The position numbers and the translations under genes were made by a program. From Magallana gigas (lineage: Eukaryota): a DNA stretch of 64,000 nucleotides. Below are positions 54,261-64,000 of the stretch, piece after piece (position 1 is the stretch's first letter; the number at the start of each line of letters is the position of its first letter). The stretch spans positions 25,110,001-25,174,000 of the forward strand of contig NC_088858.1 of NCBI RefSeq assembly GCF_963853765.1, written 5' to 3'. The notes beneath the pieces are model-generated. The model was given only the letters and a program-made list of their open reading frames with translations. It searched no databases and was not told where the DNA came from.

Positions 54261-57200
54261 AAATGGCAAATTGTTCTCAACTTCAATCGAACAAAATATT
54301 TACGGAATGTTTTTTCTCAAATTTATAGTAAAATGTTTATATATTCATTAATTATCATTTGGAGTATGTCTTGCATACACCTTTATATAAGTTTTAAGGA
54401 TATACGACAATTAGGGACACACGATACGTTCGTCAATCTTATATAAATTTCATTGATATATTATTCGTTATTCAATAACATTTAAACCTTTAAATTTCCT
54501 AAAATTCAAGGTACCGTACCAGGCTTTTTCCGGAGCTTGACTATTTAGAATTTTCCTTAAAATGCAGATGAATGCATATAAATAAAGTAATGTTATACAT
54601 TTTCAATTGATCACTTTATTCTAAATTTTAAAGTATAATATAACATGAAAATATGATTATGGAATTATTTGGTGGAAATCGTCCTATTGTGAATATTGGA
54701 AAAAGGGGGGTTGATGAGAGGTCGCGTCTGACCTTAAAAAACTTTATAGAAATTAGGTGCATATGTATTAAGAGCTGTAAGGCATTAGCATTTGCGTTAG
54801 GTCAATACGTTGAGAGTGGTTTTATTTTATTCAGCAAGCACTGGCACAGCATGCGCTGGTTCAGTGGTATCATTCATGATGTTTGGTTAATGTTGTTTCT
54901 GAAATTCTTAGTTAAAGGTTGCTTTTTTCTTTGTATAATTACGTTAAAGAATTCTTTATATAGCTACTTAAAGATAAAACAAACGCAATTTCAAGATACT
55001 TTAATGGGACAACTTTCACGAAAAATATGTCTCAAAGAAAAAACACCAGCAGCCCTAATATATTTGTTTGTTTCCGCATTTTCAAGACTTTTATTGAACT
55101 GTAAAATTCTGAAGAAATATAATCTGGGGGTTTTTTTTACAATCAATTGTTTGAGTTTCAAGGAAAAAGATTTTCAAGGATTTTATTTCCTGTATATTTC
55201 AGTGCAAGACTTTAAAACAAAGCAAGATACCTTTCAAATCTCTGGGGACAATTTATTAAAGCATTTAGAATTAACAATGCTCAAGACAGAGTATCTTAGT
55301 TATTTTTTTACTCATTCATTACAATATATTTATATTTGAATTCCCGGTTCTTCTCTTTGGTTAAGGCTTTAATTTACTTCACTTATTAAACCTGAAGAGT
55401 TCATATAAAATATATTGTAGTATTCTGATTATTAAAACGAAGGGTTTGGGTTATCAATAATTATAAGGGTATATTCTATAGTTAGACATATAGATAAAAT
55501 GTTTATTTACCACACCTTGAGAATATTGATATCATATCCTGCATGGCCTCTGTAACAGGCGTGTGCTCGAAAAAGATATAATTGTTCCACCTTAAACCAG
55601 CCCACCATTACTTTGGCAAAAGCATTCTCGTACATATTGATCATGGCATGGCTACTAAGAGGTTCTGCAAAAGATATGTTTATAATTAAAATAATTTCAT
55701 TAAAGAATAAATCCGATAATTACAAAAATTTATTACTATTTAATTTATCGTAAACAACTAGCTGATTAAAAAAAAACAAGTCTTAAGTAGGGTGCTTTTC
55801 TATATCCGATTTTCATTTTCGAAATATTGATAATGAATGAAAAAAATTGCTGAATAAAAAGAAAAAAAATATTGGAGTATCCGCTTAACTTTTCTTTTTT
55901 AATTATTAGAGGTCTTCCCGATGCTATGTGCCTGTTTTTGCCACTAAACTGTGTATTTGTACCCTTTTATACAATATTTGATCTTAAATAAACGACCAAA
56001 AGTACACACTATGTCTAAGAACGTTGATACATGTCCTTACTTTAAACAGAAAAAGAAAGAAAACACTCTGTGTCGACCCGGAAAGAAATGAGCTCTGCAG
56101 AAAAAAAATATGACCATAACCAAATTTTGTAAGCTATAAAGATGTGAGATTTTTTGATAAAAATCTTAGAATTGATAGATTACATATACAGTTGAAATTA
56201 AATTAATCAGAACAAACGTCTGTTTCCGTTGAGATTGTAAAACATACTAACACCAATGGTTATTTGTTGATTGCACTATAACTCAAGCTTCAGAATTCGG
56301 TTTAGACCATTACAATATTTGCTGGCATTTGCGTCTAGTCAAGTGATGATTCTATTTTATTTATCGTCTAATTGTTTTAGTTTTACTATGTAAAAACGCC
56401 ACGTTTTCCTCGATCTTTTCCCGATACTACTTACTATACGCAATTTCACTTACTATACGCAATTTTCTGGCTTGAGTATTTATCCATTCTGCTTATAACT
56501 TACTTATTTCTATTTCCAGTTCATTTGTTAAACTGATTCCAAACGCGGCTCCAAGAGCGTCGTGTCCAACTTGTTTTGTCCATTGAATTCCAGGCAGTTT
56601 TAACGAGAAAAAGAAACCATCTTTCAAATCTACATCTAGAATGCCTCTCTTTGTTCTCATCAGAGTCTTATAGTTATAAAAACGACTGAAAAAAGAATTG
56701 TAAAAGAAGCAGATTTTGCTTGGTCCAAGTATGATTTGAGCCATCCAATTCTATTTGTTGTTGTTCTGATATTTTATTACTACTGTGGTTTTATTAATAT
56801 TCAAGGGTATCAATATTTATGGATATATGTAGTGAAAATCACAGTTTCAAAGATGCGCAAATTCGTGGTCAATAATCCTATCAATACAAATTGTTAGTAG
56901 AAATTGCATTGCAATGAACATTTAATGTCACGGATAAACTTAACAACGAAATCCATAAGAATTGGTATTCAACGAATATTGATGAAACCACAGCATACAA
57001 TGTAATTCTTCTGTATGTGATTGAAATCAGATTTATCGCATATATCATTGCACTATTATGAAACATACCTTAAGATTATATCTCTATGCTCTGGAATACT
57101 TTTATTGGATAAAGGATGATTCTCAAACATTTCAAGTGCTTGTTGTTTTACCACAGAATGATCATCGTTCACAACCAAATTAAATAGTGCTGTCGAACTC

Positions 57201-60200
57201 TTAAAATAATTGAAAAAAAATCGTTCAGCAACTGATTATTGATCATAAATGTATTACTCTTAATGTTGGCGTGTTAAAAGACCCTTTTCTGTTTAAGGAA
57301 GCAGTATGCATCATTCTTTACGTAAAAAGACTACATAAACTAAACTTTTTATAATCAGATATAACATAACAGGCGAGCATTGATGAAATTAAATATACAA
57401 AGTTAGAACTTTCGTTATAATTTCATCATATAAAGAATAACCTTTTGTTCTGGCAAGCGGAGACTTTTGTAAGATTTATTCACTCAACATTGAATCTGCT
57501 AAACCATTTTTTTTGTAAATACAGCGAAATTAAGTCCGCGACCATTTTATTTGGTATCATGTACCCTACATTTTTTAAAGCCTTGTTCTGTACGTTTAAA
57601 CAAGAGATATAAAATATTAAACTTCATTGTGGCTATTTTTCAGCAATTATTGAAAAAATAAAATGTGGTATTTTGCAAAGAATAGTCTTTTGACTTTTGC
57701 AAAAAAAAATGTTCCAATACAAATTTTTGTTCGCCTCCACCCTCAACCAAACACCTGTTATAGGCCCCTAACTGAACCCCAATTGTTATAGTAAATACCA
57801 CATATCTGTAAATAAGACATGTTTTAGCCTAGATCGTTTTTAGAAAAAAAGTAAATGAACAAACATGCATGTATCTCTGAATAAACTTAAATTTTTATGC
57901 GCCAATTGTGGCTTTTATGTAATAATCTTGAAAATTCTACACTCTAAGAATGTTATAAATCGTTAATACTAAAGTAAGGGTTCCTTCTTTTTAGAGTTTT
58001 TTTAATACGTTTTTTATTTAAATTTTTCATATCCCCTTATTATTAAACTATGCCCAATTTCATACCCCTCTTAACCCTTGCTTAACTTACTACAATTTCT
58101 CCAAGATGTCAAGATATCAAGATATCAACTAATTTTCATCAATATCTGAATTAAGTTATCCTTGATCTCATTAGATTTTAATCTAAATATTGGTTACTCC
58201 TATCGTTGTGATTTGATAATTCGCAACAAAGTAACATTGTGCACTCAAGGCAATTTTAGATAATCAGGCAATGTGATTTAACAATAATCTTACATCTACT
58301 TATGACTGAGACCAATCAGTTCATTTTTTTTTCTCTTAAAAGCATCAATTCTAAATAGTGTATTAATAAAGCATACCTCCACACAACCAAAATGTCTCAT
58401 TGCTAGAATCGCCGCCCTTCTCCAGCTGTTATCTCCTTCTCCGGGTCGCATATAGGTCAGAAGATGGTCCCTGGAACTCCCAGTATTTCCCAGAGCATGA
58501 ATTAAGACCATCTTGGAGTAAGTGTAATTATGAAGCTCGCGGTCATTCCTGTCTACTGAACGGTGGGGTCTTCTTTTGCTTTGTAGTTCTGTATAATGAG
58601 CTAATGGGAAATACAATGACGTACAAATTTAAAAACAAATGATCTGAGAAATTATAGGACGTAAAATTGATCTTCACAAGATTTTTATTTTATATCTATT
58701 AAAAATATATGAAACGTTATAATCTCTTTTCTTTAATCACACTAAACATAATTAAAGCCTATATATTTTTAGATATTTAAATATACATGTATAAACAAAA
58801 TTTTTAGGGAACTGCCAGACTATCCGTTTAACTTACTTTGATTATGTAGGGTCAACCACTGCTTTAAAGAATTCAAAAGTATGTCCGTCTTTTCAATGTG
58901 CAAGGAATTGTTTCTACAAGTTTTAATCAATGTGCCTAATGCCAAACATGCGTGTTTCTGATTTTTTGTCATGGCCGTATATCCTGGAAAACAAGATAAA
59001 TCAATTCAAATCTTAAAAAAGTATTGGTTGGTCGTTATCAAAAACCATTTAAATTTGTGACCCTACAAACTCTTTTTCATACTTATTTTCGAGTGATATG
59101 GTTCAAGACAAAGTCTTTCCACAGCCTCCAAAAATTCCTTTAAGAAAAACATACATTTAAAAGTTACCATTCTCTGTTAAATTATGCTGAAATTATTAAA
59201 AATTGAATTTGCTATTCAGGTTTGAAAAAACACCAAATCAAAATAAAAATTCTTTTACCAAAGTGGGAGCTTCGATTTTTCCAATATGAAAAAATATGCG
59301 AAAGAGATCGGTTTCGTTGACATCTTTGTTTTGCAGGAAATGTTGAATGGTTAGGTCTTGAGTGATATTTTCTCCCTTCACCAATAAAAGATCAATAAAT
59401 ACATTCCTTCGTGATATGCACATCGTGTTATTGCTCCAACAATGCTGTGATAACTCTCTGGAAGCAAGCTTCTTGTACTCATCTTTATGAAGTCGATTTA
59501 CTGTTTCTAATAGCTCAACGAAACAATTAGTTCTTTTCTCGTTGACTGAAAATTCAAAACAATTATTGTGAAAGTAAGGAATTTTTCGGCTGTAATCTGT
59601 AACAAATCATGAAACATTGTTTATATAAGGTATAATTTGCCTTTCTCCCTTTACATTTATTAATGAGGAAGGTAAACAACTTACTACAAATAAACTACCT
59701 TAACAACTAGGGAGATTCCAGATAAACAAAAAGAGACTTATCGAGCACCTAATTTCAGACAGGTAGTGCAATCTCCCTAAAGACTAAGTAAGACATAATC
59801 ATCATTGATGACATTATAACAATCTTTATTTTCAAACACTGTTTTTGTAATACAATACCTGTGTTCTTGCTTAATTCAATGCAGGCTACTTTAGAATTTA
59901 TAACTTCTTTAACTTCGTCGTATATCAAATAAACTTGAGATTTGCCCTGTAATAAATATACTAGCTTTGAGATATATTTTTTTCATTTACATTTCAAAAT
60001 ATGTCAAATAGATTAATTACCAACAGACTTGTTTGCAAGGAGATGCGAGAATGCAAGACATAAACACAAATACTTTTATTAAGGATGCTCTTTACTCAAA
60101 ATGTTAAAAAAAATTCAATGATGATAATTAATAATCATTTATTGTATCTCATAGTTGATCGTGGTTTTATTTTTCACTTAAAAAAACTAAGTCAGTCACC

Positions 60201-62541
60201 TACTATTTGAGTAGTGCACATTGTTTGGAAAATGAGAAAAAAAAAACTTTCAAAAAGTTAGTTGTTTTTTTTTAACTTTTATTCTTTGATTGATTTTTTC
60301 TTAATTGCGAAAATATTACAAATAAATTGACTTCTTCAAAAATGAAATAGAGTGTACAAAGAGTTAGTGTACCTAAATAGATACAAAAATAGATTTTAAG
60401 GGACAGTTCCTAGAAATATTCCTGTTCGAATGCCCTATATCATTTATCTAAACTCTACCCATCTTGGATTTAAATTAACAAAAAACTAATTAATGTTAAC
60501 AGTGAAAAACATAATCTGAAAATTTTAGTACAATTGTTTTGTTCTGTTTTGCCACAAGCCTATTTTTGCTTGAGCTTAATTGCATAATATAGTTAAAGTT
60601 CCAAATGTATAATCTATATTATCATATCTATTTATATCTATGGTATACAGAAATAATTTTACTTTTGACATTGAACTTTTAAAAAATTCAAATTTGAAAA
60701 CTTAAGCCCTGAGTAAACCACATCCTTAAGCTAGTATATGTTTTAACATACCTTTTTAGCGGCAATGCTATCTTTTACTTTTAATTCTGTTGCTAGGGGT
60801 AAAACTCGGTTCATTCCGTGTATTTTACTAAATATGGATTAAAAAATATAATTATTTCAAAAAATTGTTTACTCAAAGTTTTGGAAGCAAGACAATGGGT
60901 AGATGGATGGATGGATAGGTAGAATGATGTAGATATAATTATATAAAAGTAGATGTACTCACATTTTATTAACAAGACGAACTTCCGTTTTCGTGTTTGA
61001 TTCTATATCACTAACATCTATAATGACAATGTTACATTTTTGAAAAACAAAACTGATTATGAAAATAAAATCAAAGTTCAAAGAAGTAATGTTTTATTGA
61101 TTCACCGACTTGTATTGTCTCATTTGTGTTGTATTTTAGAAACTTCCATATTTTCTAGACATTTTATTTATCATTACTTGTCATTAGCGGAACACTCAGA
61201 TCATCTTATTATTTTGTCTAAAATATTTTACCTCCTCTAGTTTCCTCTTCTATCGCTCTTGCTCCAAATACGGAATATCTAATGAAAACAGTTTCCATCA
61301 GCGGAACACTCAGATCATCTTATTATTTTGAAAATTTAAAACTGTCATCTTTTAATGTTTTTAAAGCCAAATAGTTATTTGTTAAAGGGGCATGGTCACA
61401 ATTTTGGTCAATTGTTTTCCCTTTTTAAATATACAATGCTTTAGTAAGACAATTTTAATAGTCAGTCAAAATTTGAGCATCAGTCGCCGAGTTTATGGGA
61501 GATACAGAGTGAACAATTCTTTGTTATGTAAAAAAAAAGGCTCAGGTCATGTTTTTATTTACACTTTGAATGTTGACTAGATATTTCTAGGCTTAGACTG
61601 TTCATTCATGCTCAAAACAAACAAGCATTATATTAGGCAAATCAGTTTGAAAAAGAACTTTTATCGGCATATTGTACAAATGTAGACAAACACATGGCAC
61701 AAGTCTTGTTTACATAACTCCATGACTGAAACTCAAATTTTAGATGGTGACTATAAATTAATTACTTAAGCATTGTAAACAATCAAAATAAAAGAAAGAA
61801 ATTAGACCAAAATCGTGGACACGCTCCTTAAATTAAAATAATGATCAATTAACGGATATACTATACGTAAAATGTAGCTGAATTCTTTGAAACATTTAAA
61901 TTAGTGTATATATCATTCTTAGATTATAAACAGTTTTTATTTTAAATTAAACTCTCAGAAAGTGAGTTAAGAAATTAATTTTATTTAAAGTATTGAAAGG
62001 TCGCTTACAACATGTAGAGCGTTTGTTCTCTTTGTCATTGTATTCTATTTAATCATTATGGTCCATAATCATCAAATAGAATTTGGTGTTATCATTTCCT
62101 TCTTTAAAAATACTAGTGTTAGACGAAATTGATCCTAAAGTTGTGAGGAGGTCAATTAAGGTGGTATGGGACACTTTAAGATATCAATGTAGATAAAAGT
62201 AAAAAAATTCCTAAATCATAATCCTTGTTTTCAATTTTTTTTTATGTACAATCTTCGACCATGAAAACAAAAATTAAATTCATTTTGAATTTTCTTTAAA
62301 GAAAAGGTAAAGAAAGAAAAAGCGGAAGTTTCCTTTCAATATTTTCAGTATGTCTCATATTCTTATTTCAATAACAGGAACTAAATAATAGAATATCTTT
62401 GTAAGCAAGGAGAAGTGAAATGTCCTAATTTCCGTATAACTACCTTCTTTCTTGTTTCTTTTGTTTGTTTTTGTTCTGAATAATAATTTTGTCGTCTGCA
62501 CGTATATATTCAATAACTCCGGTGTTGGTGTAATGTAGAGT
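25796..62541 (-). CDS. Gene C (5' end beyond the right edge): type I membrane protein of about 5000 aa, LLT-like + degenerate M23/LECT2-like + FN3-like DTTPP repeats + PAN + cadherin-like + EGF + TM; contains a frameshift and a nonsense codon (possible pseudogene or null allele)
   Basis: More than 40 phase-consistent exons, including 62444-62541, 61232-61278, 60963-61017, 60752-60827, 59859-59946, 59259-59545, 59083-59137, 58837-58983, 58377-58588, 57069-57199, 56504-56685, 55516-55664, 53610-53942, 53299-53441, 50767-50837, 50047-50207, 48531-48700, 48271-48445, 47366-47970, 46931-47190, 45928-46134, 45414-45614, 45159-45307, 44863-45034, 44495-44565, 42735-42892, 40695-41909, 40402-40496, 39396-39565, 38921-39283, 38319-38496, 37061-37746, 35510-36957, 34728-34999, 31359-34502, 30973-31278, 30764-30892, 30487-30631, 27627-27795, 27162-27247, 25796-26947. 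The junction across about 28200-30480 is not fully resolved. Confidence 0.85.
40930..41130 (-). other. PAN/apple domain in gene C
   Basis: TPEECATKCVTVGTKCVSFDYAYFTESCELQ matches the PAN C-x3-C...C-x-S-F-x-Y...C-x-L pattern. Confidence 0.8.
42934..44396 (+). mobile_element. Non-autonomous Helentron/HINE-like element with an internal array of about 5 satellite monomers of 166-170 bp (Cg170-like)
   Basis: 5' aacaagaggcccatggg..catcgc; repeated gaagatttttaaagatttactctatatattcctatgt..gtggccccac..tgaatctacactacctgag..agtttcagcttt; (gacg/gaca)n microsatellite; 3' hairpin agctcacttgagctttcagctcaggtgagct. Confidence 0.85.
47750..48360 (-). other. Degenerate M23 / LECT2-like peptidase domain in gene C
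   Basis: CGLGVW..YQTLGVDV..|IRCPVNGEV..RVLI..IAGKDIIGKA..CIHVSVR versus LECT2/M23 CGQY..HQGVDI..VYAPFTG..GEKLG..HVH. The first Zn ligand His of HxxxD is absent. Confidence 0.6.
51140..51357 (+). mobile_element. 3' remnant of a related Helentron-like family
   Basis: gacggac/gacagac microsatellite followed by decayed hairpin ttcacttgagagttcagctcagatgggctaaa. Confidence 0.65.
51829..53098 (+). mobile_element. Second Helentron/HINE-like element, about 2.5 satellite monomers and an unrelated internal insert of about 350 bp (about 52040-52390)
   Basis: Same 5' end (gaggcctatgggccacatcgctcaactgaggaacaa), monomers at 52400-52840, microsatellite and 3' hairpin as in 42934-44396. Confidence 0.8.
54178..54253. 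repeat. (TA)n microsatellite
   Basis: About 38 TA units, read directly. Confidence 0.97.
57069..62541 (-). other. Vitellogenin_N / LLT-like region of gene C (end of beta barrel and alpha-helical superhelix)
   Basis: Motifs ACLALGTL and MVLIHALGNTGS..SWRRAAILAMRHF are typical of the LLT helical domain; followed by an RTKR furin-like site near 56650. Confidence 0.65.
61386..61828. mobile_element. Kolobok-like MITE sharing TIRs with 4214-4710
   Basis: ttaa|AGGGGCATGGTCACAATTTT left end; degenerate right end aaaatcgtggacacgctcct; internal sequence differs from the first copy. Confidence 0.65.
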
Positions 62542-62621
62542 CTAAAGATAAACATCAAAAAGAATAAAAAATAAATATTTACTTTAACAAATCAAATGTA
62601 CAACTTAAATTTACATTAAAC

Positions 62622-62625
<4 letters not shown>

Positions 62626-62704
<79 letters not shown>
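62626..62704. repeat. (TA)n microsatellite
   Basis: About 39 TA units, read directly. Confidence 0.97.
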
Positions 62705-62708
<4 letters not shown>

Positions 62709-64000
62709 GGTCAACATTCTTAAAATATTTAAGAGACAAACTTAAACAATGCAATAAAACATAAGAATGCTTAATAATCAAAAATCCTCCGATGAAGATT
62801 TCTAATTTTTCCGTGAATATTAAAGGCGTGTATATCGTTAGATAGGCTAGGTTTTGAAAGGAAATACGAGAATCAGCCAAAAATTTTATGATAATATTAA
62901 AAGAAATGTTCTCACGTTACATTTTAAAACAAGGGTTCATAAAATTTAGTTCGAATTAAAATTTTTATCCTTAGTGCTTCATAATTATTTGGAGTCAAAG
63001 TCCACCTGTTCATTATAAATACATTTAATATTAATCTAAATTATTAAATAACTTTGATGTTTTAATGTTTCATATCAATAGAACTTATTAAGGTTCTTCA
63101 ATTCTCAGCCTCAAAGTATTATTTCATCATAAAAGTGTTATTTCTTTAAAATTTATAAATCAAATGAAAAGTTTAGATGGTATCCATCAATTTTACGAAG
63201 TTATTGTAAAATTGCCTACGATGGATATAATGGAATAACTAAACAAGTTGTCTAAAAAAAAAAGTTTGGTGTATTGGTGGTTCGAACTCTTTACCATCAA
63301 GTAAATAAGTAGGGTCAATCCGTGGATCCACTAAGCCAAACATGTAGTTGTGTGAATAATGGTAATATCAATACTAGAATACTTATCAAATTTTCTGTAT
63401 CAAAGTCAGATTTATGGTACGAATACAAAAAATCCGGATAATTTAGAGTTATCGAACATTGCTGATTGCAGAGATAGTTAATTCATATGTTTTTGAAATT
63501 AAATAAATATAAACTGTACTACAGCTGTCAATATAAATTTCAATTGACAATATCAATTTTAGATTCTTTACTGATATTTCATTCTATTGACAATGCAAAT
63601 TTAAATTCTTCACTGAAAATTTAAAGTTAAAACTAGCTGTTTGGGTGTTAAAGAAAGTGAATGCCATATTGGAAGTCTTCATTTTCAAAATGAAATGCAC
63701 TAAAAATCGTATTTGTTAACATATTTTAACAAATTATTAAACCTGATACAACGCATTTCAAAAGAATTGTTGCAAAGGATAAAATTCATTGTAACAAATG
63801 CAGGCATTCAGGCCATTTCAGATTAAGAGATTCGTGAAAAATAATAACAATTTTTAAATTTCTATATATTTCATTATAATTACAAAAAGTACAGACTCCA
63901 TAAATATCTTTTCTAATGACAGGTTCTTAATCAGGACATGGTATGAGCAAACTTTCATATACATGTACATTTGCAAGTAACCTATGCAAAGGTGTTTTTA

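Noticed and set aside
54087-54269. YIYIYI ORFs here and at 62626-62880
   Set aside because: They are translations of (TA)n microsatellites.

Overview
AT-rich eukaryotic DNA, most likely a bivalve and probably an oyster, judged from ~166-170-bp Cg170-like satellite arrays inside Helentron-type elements. Three multi-exon genes were reconstructed by hand from splice sites and reading-frame phase. Gene A (minus strand, ATG 10544/10547, runs off the left edge) encodes a signal peptide and a vitellogenin/large-lipid-transfer (LLT)-like N-terminus. Gene B (plus strand, 10836-22558, 25 exons, 5205 nt, about 1734 aa, intact) sits head-to-head with A, with about 290 bp between the ATGs. It is a secreted, HINT-less protein with two Hedgehog-signal (Hedge) domains, a phage/T4-type (GH24-like) lysozyme domain and an M15A-like peptidase domain. 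The lysozyme lies inside the second Hedge domain on a phase 1-1 exon cassette, and all four domains appear to have lost catalytic residues. Gene C (minus strand, enters from the right edge, ends 25796) is a paralog of A encoding a type I membrane protein of about 5000 aa: LLT-like, degenerate M23/LECT2-like, FN3-like repeats, PAN, cadherin-like, EGF, TM. It carries a frameshift near 39072 and an in-frame TAA at 31933-31935. Introns hold a SINE, Kolobok-like MITEs, Helentron/satellite elements and microsatellites. No database searches were run; domain calls are motif recognition by eye.
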